NCBI GenBank assembly: GCA_051954235.1
Contig: JBQCHY010000056.1
Span: 4,499-68,498, forward strand
Origin: Xanthobacteraceae bacterium
GTDB taxonomy: Bacteria; Pseudomonadota; Alphaproteobacteria; Rhizobiales; Xanthobacteraceae
Direction: 5' to 3'
Length of the DNA: 64,000 bases
The first letter of the stretch is position 1; each line of letters starts with the position of its first letter. Position numbers and translations under genes: made by a program. The notes under the pieces are model-generated. The model did not search any database. It was not told where the DNA came from and worked only from the letters and a program-made list of their open reading frames with translations. Positions 21,771-30,979 of this stretch are shown piece by piece.

Positions 21771-22420
21771 AGAGGGGCCGCCTTCTCATTATCGGCGCGA
21801 GCGGACATGGGCGCGTGGTCGCGGATTGCGCCCGCGCACTCGATCGGTGGACAGAGATCATCTTCTTCGACGATAGACATCCGAATATCGACCACAATTT
21901 CAAATGGCCCGTGCGTGGCAGCATCGCGTCTATCCAGGAGGCTGCTGGCACGAACGACGAGGTTTTTGTTGCGATTGGCAACTGCGCCACACGCGTGGCA
22001 ATGCTGACTCGTTTGCGGGGGATGAATCTAAAACTCGCCACGCTTGTCCATCCCCACGCAAGTGTCAGTACCGACACAAAAATTGAATATGGCACTATTG
22101 TGGTCGCCGGAGCGGTGGTGAATATCGGTGCCACGATTGGGTTTGGCGGCATCATCAACACGGGTTCATCTGTCGATCACGACTGTGTTCTCAACAGCGG
22201 CGTTCACGTCTGCCCTGGCGCACGATTGGCGGGAGACGTTTGTGTCGGTGATCGAAGCTGGATCGGCATCGGCGCTGTCGTGCGGCAGGGTCTCCGAATC
22301 GGTGCAGATGTTGTCGTCGGCGCGGGCGCGGCAGTCGTAACAGATATATCCGATGGGCTGACGGTCGCTGGGGTACCAGCCCGTCCGCTGGCCGTTCGCC
22401 AAGGCAACAGAGGTTCGTGA
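21761..22420 (+). CDS. PglD/NeuD-family amino-sugar N-acetyltransferase
   Basis: An N-terminal Rossmann-like LLIIGASGHGRVVAD is followed by C-terminal hexapeptide repeats, which is the NeuD/PglD architecture. It overlaps the upstream gene by 10 nt. Confidence 0.8.
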   Translation: MSVKRGRLLIIGASGHGRVVADCARALDRWTEIIFFDDRHPNIDHNFKWPVRGSIASIQEAAGTNDEVFVAIGNCATRVAMLTRLRGMNLKLATLVHPHASVSTDTKIEYGTIVVAGAVVNIGATIGFGGIINTGSSVDHDCVLNSGVHVCPGARLAGDVCVGDRSWIGIGAVVRQGLRIGADVVVGAGAAVVTDISDGLTVAGVPARPLAVRQGNRGS

Positions 22421-22426
22421 TAGATC

Positions 22427-23602
22427 ATGCTGAATTCTCCCTTCGCGCCCTGGCCGAGTTTTTCGCAAGAAGAGGCTGATGCCGTCTCGCGCGTTCTGCT
22501 GTCGAACAAGGTCAACTATTGGACGGGCACCGAGTGCCGAGAGTTTGAGCGGGAGTTTGCGACGTGGGCAGGCTGCGCCAAAGCAATCAGCCTTGCTAAC
22601 GGCACCGTTGCGCTGGACCTTGCTTTGAAGGCGCTGGATATCGAGCCTGGCAGCGAAGTCGTGGTTACTCCCCGCTCCTTCATTGCCTCGGCTTCAACGG
22701 TCGTGAATGCGGGGCTCGTTCCCATCTTTGCCGATATCGACCGAGACTCGCAAAACCTGACCGCAGAAACGATCCGACGTGTTCTGACGGACCGCACGCG
22801 CGCCATCCTGTGCGTCCATCTCGCTGGCTGGCCGTGCGACATGGAATCCATCATGTCGCTGGCCCGTGAACGAGGCCTGCTCGTCATTGAGGATTGCGCC
22901 CAGGCGCATGGCGCAACCTACCGTGGACGCTCAGTGGGCTCCTGGGGCGATATCAATGCGTGGTCGTTCTGCCAGGACAAGATCATCACCACCGGCGGCG
23001 AAGGCGGAATGATCACAACCGATCGCGAAGAGCTTTGGGATAAAGCCTGGGCTTACAAGGACCACGGCAAGTCGTGGGATGCCGTCTATCAACGTCAGCA
23101 TCCACCGGGTTTCCGTTGGCTTCATGAGAGCTTCGGCACCAACTGGCGCATGATCGAAATGCAGGCGGTTATTGGCCGCATCCAACTCGGGCGAATGCCG
23201 GAGTGGCATGCCCACCGCACGCGGAATGCCGAAGCCATCAATGCCGCCGCTCGCGCCTGCCCTGCCCTGCGCGTCCCGGAAGTCCCGAGCGACATCCAGC
23301 ACGCGTGGTATCGTTGCTACGTTTTCGTGCGTCCCGAGCGGCTACGCGCAGACTGGAGCCGAGATCGTATCGTTCAAGAGATCAATGCATCCGGCGTGCC
23401 CTGTCTCCAGGGATCGTGTTCTGAAATGTATCTCGAGAAAGCGTTTGAAAATGCGGGTCTGAAGCCAGCCCAACGGCTTCCCGTCGCCCATGAACTTGGA
23501 GAAACCAGCCTCGCCTTCCTCGTTCATCCCACCCTAACCGCGCAGGAAATCGATAAAACCTGCAATGTCCTCCTCGACGTGATGAGCAGGGCAACATCCT
23601 AG
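22427..23602 (+). CDS. DegT-family sugar aminotransferase (PglE-like, 4-keto-6-deoxy-HexNAc aminotransferase)
   Basis: It shows the DegT pattern (NYWTGTECREFEREFA..., SFCQDKIITTGGEGG with the PLP Lys) and is adjacent to PglC- and PglD-like genes. Confidence 0.8.
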   Translation: MLNSPFAPWPSFSQEEADAVSRVLLSNKVNYWTGTECREFEREFATWAGCAKAISLANGTVALDLALKALDIEPGSEVVVTPRSFIASASTVVNAGLVPIFADIDRDSQNLTAETIRRVLTDRTRAILCVHLAGWPCDMESIMSLARERGLLVIEDCAQAHGATYRGRSVGSWGDINAWSFCQDKIITTGGEGGMITTDREELWDKAWAYKDHGKSWDAVYQRQHPPGFRWLHESFGTNWRMIEMQAVIGRIQLGRMPEWHAHRTRNAEAINAAARACPALRVPEVPSDIQHAWYRCYVFVRPERLRADWSRDRIVQEINASGVPCLQGSCSEMYLEKAFENAGLKPAQRLPVAHELGETSLAFLVHPTLTAQEIDKTCNVLLDVMSRATS

Positions 23603-23630
23603 AGCGGCGATCCCCAATCAAACGTTCCCG

Positions 23631-24782
23631 ATGCGCACAGAGCAGACGCCGATAAACAATCGCTCAGAGATCGTCAGTTTGTTACGAGCTTTGATGATTG
23701 AGCATGCCTTGCCGCTTTGGGCGACGCGAGGTTGGGATCATCAGCGTGGCGGCTTTATCGAAGGACTCGCTGCGGACGGAACAGCGGATTACGACAAGCC
23801 ACGACGGCTTCTCGTGCAGGCTCGTCAGATCTACTGCTTCGCCAAAGCCGCGCAACTGGGTTGGTTTCCGCCAGGCCGCGAGATCGCTTTACGCGGCCTC
23901 GACCATATGTTGTCGACGGCCAAAAGCCCTGACGGCCGTCCGGGCTACGTGCCATTGCTGGCCCCCGACGGCTCCATTCTGTCCACGGCTCGCGATACTT
24001 ACGATCATGCCTTTGTCCTTCTGGCGCTGGCTCATACTTTCCAATTGAGCGGTGATGCCCAGATTCGTACTGAAATCGACGAGGCATTGGCGTTTTTGGA
24101 CCACCATCTCAAGTCGGAGCATGGCGGCTACATCGAAGGGATCCCGGCGTCGCTGCCGCGGCGGCAGAACCCTCATATGCATCTGTTCGAAGCCATGATT
24201 GCGCTGTTTGACGCCACGCATGACATGAGTTTCCAAAATCGGGCCGGCGAGTATTTCAGTTTATTTCTGGCTCACTTCTTTGATCCGAAGGCAGGTGTGC
24301 TCAGGGAATATTTTGAAGAGGATTGGTCGAATATTCAGCCGGTCAGCGTCGAACCCGGTCATCAAGCCGAATGGGTCTGGCTCCTGAAGGAGTTCGAGCG
24401 GATCACCGGGTGTCCGACCGGAAAATATCGCTCCGTCCTCCTCGCATCGGCGCTGCGATATAGCGACCCTGAAACCGGGTGCCTAGTCGACGAAGGGAAT
24501 ATAGACGGGAGGATTATCAAAGGCTCCGGAAGATGTTGGCCTCAAACAGAGCTGGCGAAGGCCTGGATGGCGCAAGCTGAGTCTGGGATCCCCGAGGCCA
24601 CCGACGCCGCAAGAGATGCTCTGATAAGGTTGGATCGATATTATCTTCGGCATCCCGTCAAAGGCGGTTGGTACGATCGCTTCGATCCTGACCAGCAGGC
24701 CTCGACCTCATTCATACCGGCCTCATCCTTTTATCACGTCCTTTGCTCTATCGCCGAGGCCGAACGGGTTCTAGGCGTTTAG
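23631..24782 (+). CDS. AGE-family epimerase/isomerase (N-acylglucosamine 2-epimerase / mannose-6-P isomerase-like, alpha/alpha-6 barrel)
   Basis: The 383-aa protein has the repeated helical-hairpin pattern and W/H-rich motifs of COG2942-type proteins. It lies next to a ManC homolog. Confidence 0.7.
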   Translation: MRTEQTPINNRSEIVSLLRALMIEHALPLWATRGWDHQRGGFIEGLAADGTADYDKPRRLLVQARQIYCFAKAAQLGWFPPGREIALRGLDHMLSTAKSPDGRPGYVPLLAPDGSILSTARDTYDHAFVLLALAHTFQLSGDAQIRTEIDEALAFLDHHLKSEHGGYIEGIPASLPRRQNPHMHLFEAMIALFDATHDMSFQNRAGEYFSLFLAHFFDPKAGVLREYFEEDWSNIQPVSVEPGHQAEWVWLLKEFERITGCPTGKYRSVLLASALRYSDPETGCLVDEGNIDGRIIKGSGRCWPQTELAKAWMAQAESGIPEATDAARDALIRLDRYYLRHPVKGGWYDRFDPDQQASTSFIPASSFYHVLCSIAEAERVLGV

Positions 24783-24820
24783 AACACGCGCCACCCTTGC
24801 GATCGGTTTGTCGCCGTCTC

Positions 24821-25240
24821 TCAGGCTTTTGGAGGCCGTGCCCGGAATACTACCAGATTGCTCATCGTGAAATTGACGGCGAAGCCGACCAGAATCGACA
24901 TAGCCTTGGCCAGCAAGACATGAACGTAGTGCGACAAGAGGACGAGAACGGTCGTCGTCATGACCATGCCCAAGACGCCTGATGCGGCGAATGCAAGGAA
25001 ATCTCGATAGCGAAGCAGCCTCCCGCTTTCGACATGAAATGTAATGTAAGTATTGAGAACGTAGGAACAGGAGACCGCCACCATCCATGCGACCACGTTC
25101 GACGCGACGATCGGCAGCCCGACGACCTTGTACGCGGCCGTGAAAACACCGAAGTCGATCAGCGTGTTTCCGACGCCAATCATCGCAAAGCGCACGATCT
25201 TCCGTCGCATGGCTGAATTTCGCAGAAAGGGAGGAAGCAT
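24821..25240 (-). CDS. GtrA-family membrane protein
   Basis: The 139-aa protein has 4 TMs, and RFAMIGVGNTLIDFGVFTA...SYVLNTYITF is the typical GtrA signature. Confidence 0.8.
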   Translation of the reverse strand: MLPPFLRNSAMRRKIVRFAMIGVGNTLIDFGVFTAAYKVVGLPIVASNVVAWMVAVSCSYVLNTYITFHVESGRLLRYRDFLAFAASGVLGMVMTTTVLVLLSHYVHVLLAKAMSILVGFAVNFTMSNLVVFRARPPKA

Positions 25241-25452
25241 GGGCGGAAAGGATTTTCGTCCGTATCTGACGCGGTGAACTGGAAATGCCCACCCTGTTGG
25301 GTGGACCCGGCCCTGCTCAATATCAGGTCATGACCATCCATTCATCATGTTTCGGCGGTTTCCGGGACCTGTTCGGACTGGATAATCAAGGATAGATTTC
25401 AAACGCACACCATCGCCCCTTCCGACCTCCATCTCATTCCCGTCGCAGGATC

Positions 25453-26547
25453 ATGCCGGATCGTATCATTCCACTCATCATGTGCGGCGGCGCCGGAACG
25501 CGGCTTTGGCCGCTCTCTCGTGACCGATATCCCAAGCAATTCCTGAAACTTTTCGGTCCTCGGTCGATGTTCCAGGATACGATCCTCCGTGTCTCGGATC
25601 CCGATCTATTCGACAAACCTTGCATCATAACCGGCGAGGCTCATCGATTTCTGGTGCTCGAGCAACTTGCGGAGATCGAACGCGACGCGGATATCCTGCT
25701 CGAGCCCTCCCGCCGAGATTCGGGACCCGCTATCATTGCCGGCACCATGTTTGCCGAACGTCGCAGGTCTAACTCTGTAGTATTGGCTCTGGCCTCTGAC
25801 CACGTCGTCACCGACAACGATGCCTTTGTTGCGGCCTGCCAAGCATCGATGGGCGCGGCGGCCAGCGGTCAAATCGTAACTTTCGGCGTCAAACCGACGC
25901 GGCCAGCAACAGAATACGGATACATTTTGCCCGGCGATGCTATCGCCGGGCAACTGCGTATGGTTCGGCAATTCGTCGAGAAGCCAGATGCCGCGACCGC
26001 AACTCGATACATCGAGAACGGATATCTTTGGAACAGCGGCAACTTCATTTTTCGAACCGATATTCTGCTCAGCGAATACAGGGCCGTTGATCCGACAAGC
26101 AGCGATGCAATTGCGCGCGCGGTTCAGAACGCTGTTCTGGACTCTTCTTTCGTTCGCCTCGACAAAGTGTCCTTTGAGAACGCAACGCCGACTTCCATCG
26201 ATTATGCCGTCATGGAAAGAACCACGCGTGCCGCGGTCATGCCAGTGTCATGCGGCTGGTCCGACATAGGTTCATGGCAAGCCGTTTGGGATTTTTCCTC
26301 CAAGAATGAGGACGGCAACGCCACACGCGGGAGTGCAATCTTCGAAAATTCACGCAATTGCATGGTGATCTCGGAGAAACCTATCGTGGCACTTAATGGT
26401 GTCGATGATCTGGCGGTTATTGTAACCGACGATGCAATCCTAGTATCGCGTCGTGCGGATGGAATCGGTCTCAAAAAGCTGGTTTCGACATTGAAGGCGA
26501 CCGCGCCAGAAACAGCCGAACCGCATCCGACGCTTAACGAAAAGTAG
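25453..26547 (+). CDS. manC: Mannose-1-phosphate guanylyltransferase (no C-terminal PMI cupin domain)
   Basis: The nucleotidyltransferase motif IIPLIMCGGAGTRLWPLSR..YPKQF is present. At 364 aa the protein is too short to include the bifunctional PMI domain. Confidence 0.8.
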   Translation: MPDRIIPLIMCGGAGTRLWPLSRDRYPKQFLKLFGPRSMFQDTILRVSDPDLFDKPCIITGEAHRFLVLEQLAEIERDADILLEPSRRDSGPAIIAGTMFAERRRSNSVVLALASDHVVTDNDAFVAACQASMGAAASGQIVTFGVKPTRPATEYGYILPGDAIAGQLRMVRQFVEKPDAATATRYIENGYLWNSGNFIFRTDILLSEYRAVDPTSSDAIARAVQNAVLDSSFVRLDKVSFENATPTSIDYAVMERTTRAAVMPVSCGWSDIGSWQAVWDFSSKNEDGNATRGSAIFENSRNCMVISEKPIVALNGVDDLAVIVTDDAILVSRRADGIGLKKLVSTLKATAPETAEPHPTLNEK

Positions 26548-26866
26548 ACGTGACGCCATCGAAAATGGGACTATTTTCCCATATTCGATTTGAAGCAGTG
26601 TTCGGGTTTTGGCTTCGTGTCGGCTGAACGCTGAAAGGCGAAATGCCGCGGCCAAGCCACCTCGACATGATGATTTTGAGTGCCCCTCGTATTTTGAGAT
26701 GCGCTGCCCTCGCTATCTCAGGTCTCGCAGTTTTCATCTAGCATTTCAGCGTCTGGCCAAGCCAATTGACAAGGCGAGGCGTAGAGGTATCTACAGGGCT
26801 GCGGGACAGCTTGGCACGGCCCAGAGAAGATATTCTGAATAGGGGTTCGGATTGGCTCCCAAACCG

Positions 26867-28111
26867 ATGTGGCAACGTTTTCCTTTCAAGCCTACTACAT
26901 CCCTGTATCCCGCAGATATTCTTATCGTCATGGTCGCGGCCACCCTCCCCTGGTCGACCTCACTGCCAGCCATTTTTCTTGTCTTATGGCTAGTGGCTCT
27001 CGCACCCGCGACGGACTTCGATACATTTCGCGACCTGATGAAACGACCGGTCTGTTTCCTGCCGGTCAGTTTCTTTGTGCTCGCAGTGGTCGGAACTCTG
27101 TGGTCGAGCGTACCATGGGGAACGCGGCTTTATTCGGTGGGGCCAGTAGCCAAATTCCTTGTTGTTCCGCTCCTTATTTACCACTTCCAACGTTCGACTC
27201 GCGGTGGATGGGTTTTCTTGGCATTTTTTGCCTCATGTACATGCCTGATGATTTTTTCTTGGGTTGTGGCAATCGACCCGCGACTGGCTCTGAAACCTGA
27301 TGCCGGCTATGGCGTTCCCCTTAAGAACTATATCGATCAAAGTCAGGAATTCGCTCTCTGCGCGGTCGGCATTCTCTACGTTATCGTTCAAGCATCGCGT
27401 AATCGGCAAACGCAGAAGGCATCTGCCCTCACCGCGATAGCTTTGGCTTTCTTTGCCAACATGGCTTTCGTCGTCGTCTCCAGAACAGCATTAGTCACGA
27501 TCCCATTTTTGATCGCCGCCTTTGCCATCCTTCATCTTTCACGACGAGGACTGGTTGCAGCCGGCGGCGCTCTTGCTGTGCTCATTATCGCCTTTTGGGC
27601 CGCGTCCCCGACACTGCGTACGCGAACCGCGACGATCATTTCCCAGTATCAAGACTATTCAACATCGAACGACCCCACTTCCGTCGGCTTACGGCTGGAG
27701 TTCTGGCGAAAGTCATTGCACTTCTGGAGCGAGGCGCCACTGATCGGACAAGGTACAGGATCCGTCAAATCGCTCTTCACGGAATCGGCTGTGGGGAAAA
27801 CCGGCGCTTCGGCCGAAGTCATTGCTAATCCGCACAATCAAACGCTCTATACCGCGGTCCAATGGGGCACACTGGGTGTTTGCATCCTTTACGGAATGTG
27901 GCTGTCCCATCTGCTTTTATTCCGAGGAACAAGCCTCGCACATTGGGTCGGGCTGCTTGTTGTCGTCCAGAATATCTTAACGTCGACGTTTAACTCTCAC
28001 TTGTTCGACTTTGTTCCAGGATGGATCTACGTACTTGGTGTAGGCGTCGCTGGCGGGATGGTTCTTTCCTCCGAAGTGACACCATCGCGTAATTCACCAC
28101 CGGAGAATTGA
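26867..28111 (+). CDS. O-antigen ligase-family membrane protein (WaaL/Wzy_C-type)
   Basis: It is polytopic, with a large loop and the motif GQGTGS...NPHNQTLYTAVQWG. The ATG at 26867 is preferred over the TTG at 26852. Confidence 0.7.
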   Translation: MWQRFPFKPTTSLYPADILIVMVAATLPWSTSLPAIFLVLWLVALAPATDFDTFRDLMKRPVCFLPVSFFVLAVVGTLWSSVPWGTRLYSVGPVAKFLVVPLLIYHFQRSTRGGWVFLAFFASCTCLMIFSWVVAIDPRLALKPDAGYGVPLKNYIDQSQEFALCAVGILYVIVQASRNRQTQKASALTAIALAFFANMAFVVVSRTALVTIPFLIAAFAILHLSRRGLVAAGGALAVLIIAFWAASPTLRTRTATIISQYQDYSTSNDPTSVGLRLEFWRKSLHFWSEAPLIGQGTGSVKSLFTESAVGKTGASAEVIANPHNQTLYTAVQWGTLGVCILYGMWLSHLLLFRGTSLAHWVGLLVVVQNILTSTFNSHLFDFVPGWIYVLGVGVAGGMVLSSEVTPSRNSPPEN

Positions 28112-28113
28112 TC

Positions 28114-29454
28114 GTGAAAATCGCGATGATCGGCACCGGCTATGTCGGCCTCGTCTCGGGGGCCTGCTTTGCCGATTTCGGCAATCACGTCACCTGCGTT
28201 GATAAGGATGCCGGCAAGATTGCTGCGCTTCTACGTGGGGAGATACCTATCTTCGAGCCCGGACTTGACGACCTGGTTGCCACCAACGTCCGCGCGGGGC
28301 GCTTGAATTTCACAACCGATCTGGTCGAGTCGGTCGGCGAAGCGGATGCTGTCTTTATCGCGGTTGGGACGCCCTCGCGGCGCGGCGATGGCCATGCGGA
28401 TCTCGCTTATGTCTACACGGCCGCCCGTGAAATCGCCGCCGCCGTTCGGAGATTCACGGTCGTCGTCACGAAATCGACAGTCCCTGTCGGCACGGGTGAT
28501 GAAGTCGAGAGATTGATTGGGGAGGCGTCTCCCGCCGCGGAAATTGTCGTCGCATCCAATCCGGAGTTTCTGCGTGAAGGCGCCGCAATCCGGGACTTCA
28601 AGTTTCCCGACCGCATCATCGTGGGCACCGACGACGAACGAGCGCGCAAAATCATCGGCGATATCTATCGGCCGCTATCGCTCAACCAGGGACCGATCAT
28701 GTACACGGCGCGCCGCACCGCCGAAATGATCAAGTATGCCGCGAACGCATTCCTCGCCACCAAGATCACCTTCATCAACGAGATTGCCGACCTGTCGGAA
28801 AAGGTCGGCGTCAATGTGCAGGAAGTCGCGCGCGGCATCGGCCTGGACAACCGGATCGGAACCAAGTTTCTCCATGCCGGACCAGGCTTCGGCGGATCGT
28901 GCTTTCCGAAGGATACACGCGCGCTACTGAAGACCGCGCAGGATCACGACGTCCCACTGCGCATCGTCGACGCGGTTCTCTCCGTCAATGACAATCGCAA
29001 GCGTGCGATGGCACGTAAGGTCGCTAGTGCGGTCGGCGGCCAGTTGCGAGGCAAGAGCATTGCCGTGCTTGGCCTCACATTCAAGCCCGATACCGACGAT
29101 ATGCGTGAGGCTCCCTCGATCCCGTTGATAACCGGGCTACTCGATATGGGCGCCAAGGTACGCGCATTCGATCCTGCGGGCATGGAGCAGGCGCGCCGGG
29201 AATTGCCGGAGATCGACTACTGCAACGATGCTTACACCTGCGCCAAGGATGCCGATGCGCTAGTGATCGTCACCGAATGGGTCCAGTTCCGCGCGCTCGA
29301 TCTCAAGCAGCTTCATAGCGAGATGCGACAACCGATCATCGTCGACCTACGCAATATCTATCGACGCGAGGATGTCGAAGCCGCAGGCTTCATCTACGAA
29401 AGTATTGGCCGACCAAAACCGGATGGCCGAAGTCGAGTTTCCCAACCCGTCTAG
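28114..29454 (+). CDS. ugd: UDP-glucose 6-dehydrogenase
   Basis: It has (V)KIAMIGTGYVGLVSG and GPGFGGSCFPKD (catalytic Cys). The length and domain order match Ugd. The GTG at 28114 overlaps the preceding stop region. Confidence 0.9.
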   Translation: MKIAMIGTGYVGLVSGACFADFGNHVTCVDKDAGKIAALLRGEIPIFEPGLDDLVATNVRAGRLNFTTDLVESVGEADAVFIAVGTPSRRGDGHADLAYVYTAAREIAAAVRRFTVVVTKSTVPVGTGDEVERLIGEASPAAEIVVASNPEFLREGAAIRDFKFPDRIIVGTDDERARKIIGDIYRPLSLNQGPIMYTARRTAEMIKYAANAFLATKITFINEIADLSEKVGVNVQEVARGIGLDNRIGTKFLHAGPGFGGSCFPKDTRALLKTAQDHDVPLRIVDAVLSVNDNRKRAMARKVASAVGGQLRGKSIAVLGLTFKPDTDDMREAPSIPLITGLLDMGAKVRAFDPAGMEQARRELPEIDYCNDAYTCAKDADALVIVTEWVQFRALDLKQLHSEMRQPIIVDLRNIYRREDVEAAGFIYESIGRPKPDGRSRVSQPV

Positions 29455-29673
29455 GATCAGCCGAACATTCCCGGTATCAGCACAATGCAGGCAACATCTT
29501 TGCGCACCGACACGTGAGGACCAACTTCAACACGATCAGGCTGCCCTCGGCTAAGGTGCTCGATACATCGCCTGGCTGCACCGGCAGAACTCTCCGGATC
29601 ACGTTCTTATTCAATGCGACACGACAATTCAAACCCGTAAGTTTCACCTTCCTCTTCTGAGGCGAAATAATTG

Positions 29674-29688
29674 ATTCTATGATAGAAT
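29674..29688. promoter_or_regulatory. Perfect 15-bp palindrome ATTCTAT-G-ATAGAAT upstream of the FemAB-like gene
   Basis: Read directly from the sequence, about 80 bp upstream of the start at 29769. It shares the TAGAAT/ATTCTA half-site with the palindrome at 14471. Confidence 0.2.
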
Positions 29689-29768
29689 ATCGTCACTGAA
29701 GTAAGAAATCGCCTTTTCCACAGCCATGATCCGGATTCTCTCTTTCTTTTTCAAAGGTGACTGCAAGC

Positions 29769-30752
29769 ATGAACGATCCTAAGGTCCGATATGCCTCACT
29801 TTGCGAGCAAGAATCCGATATCAGCATATTTCAACAGCCTTGGTGGCTCGATGCAACGTGCGGCCCCGAGAATTGGAACGTTATACTGGCTGAATCAGGG
29901 AACGGTATTCAAGCATCTCTCGTTTACCGCAGGAGCAAGAAATTTTTGTTCGAGATACTGTCGCAACCCGCCCTGACTCCTTTTCTCGGCCCATGGATTC
30001 GAGAAAGCAATGCTGGGCCCTCCGAGGCCACATCACGAGAGACGGCTCTGTTGACGGCATTAATTGAGCAGTTGCCGCCATATCATTACTATCTTCAAAA
30101 CTGGAACCCACGATACAAGAGTTGGCTCGCGTTCTATTGGAGGGGTTTTACTCAAACAACCCACTATACCTACATCCTGAATGATCTTCATCACACCGAT
30201 AGGCTGTGGTCTCAGCTTCAGGGTAAAGTTCGTACTGAAATCAAGAAAGCAGAAGGACGGTCGGGAATAGTTGTCACTGATGGCACAGTGGACGAAATGT
30301 ATGCTCTTGTACGGCTGACTTTCTCACGTCAAGGCAAAGAACCACCATTCAGCAAGAGCTATCTCGAGAGTATAGATGCCGCTTGCGCTCAGCGAGCGTG
30401 TCGAAAGATCCTAATTGCAAAAGATAAAAGTGGTCGCCCGCATGCGGGGGCCTATATCGTTTGGGATTCGCTTAGCGCATACTATCTCGTCGGTGGAAGC
30501 GACCCCGAGGTGAGAAACAGCGGAGCAGCAACGCTCTGCCTATGGAAGGCGATTCAGTTTGCCTCAACCGTCTCGAAACAGTTTGATTTTGAAGGATCCA
30601 TAATCGAACCCATTGAACGTTTTTTTAGATCCTTTGGTGCAGCGCAAACACCATATTTCATGATCCAGCGAACAGCGTCTCCATTATTGAAGTGCTTGCT
30701 GTTCATTCGTGATCTGAGAAATGACCTGAAGTCAAAATCTTCCTCCAAGTAA
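29769..30752 (+). CDS. FemAB/BioF2-like GNAT-fold acyl(aminoacyl)transferase
   Basis: The size and overall pattern match the two-GNAT-lobe proteins found in EPS loci (FQQPWWLDA..., later YYLVGGSDPE...GAATLCLWKAIQFA). The assignment was made by eye only. Confidence 0.5.
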   Translation: MNDPKVRYASLCEQESDISIFQQPWWLDATCGPENWNVILAESGNGIQASLVYRRSKKFLFEILSQPALTPFLGPWIRESNAGPSEATSRETALLTALIEQLPPYHYYLQNWNPRYKSWLAFYWRGFTQTTHYTYILNDLHHTDRLWSQLQGKVRTEIKKAEGRSGIVVTDGTVDEMYALVRLTFSRQGKEPPFSKSYLESIDAACAQRACRKILIAKDKSGRPHAGAYIVWDSLSAYYLVGGSDPEVRNSGAATLCLWKAIQFASTVSKQFDFEGSIIEPIERFFRSFGAAQTPYFMIQRTASPLLKCLLFIRDLRNDLKSKSSSK

Positions 30753-30979
30753 AGAATAGCTTTTCAGTTCACCTTTGCAAAGTTCAAGACCGGATGCGTA
30801 TCGCGCAAAACCACACGATCGACGAGGTCTGTCGCACCATCGGCAAACTCGTTCACGCGACGGCAGAGTGCCGGAACTACTTCATCAACGCAGGATACGC
30901 TTCTACTTAAATAGAAAAAAGGTCTAAGCCGTATAAACTGAAATCTTTCGCTTCAGTGTCGTCAACAAACGGCGAGCAA

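Noticed and set aside
30780-30910. A possible degenerate HTH-like remnant (…NHTIDEVCRTIGK…) between the convergent FemAB-like and Wzx genes.
   Set aside because: The resemblance to IS3 orfA or resolvase HTH segments is weak, the stretch is short, and stops interrupt it. It cannot be distinguished from chance.
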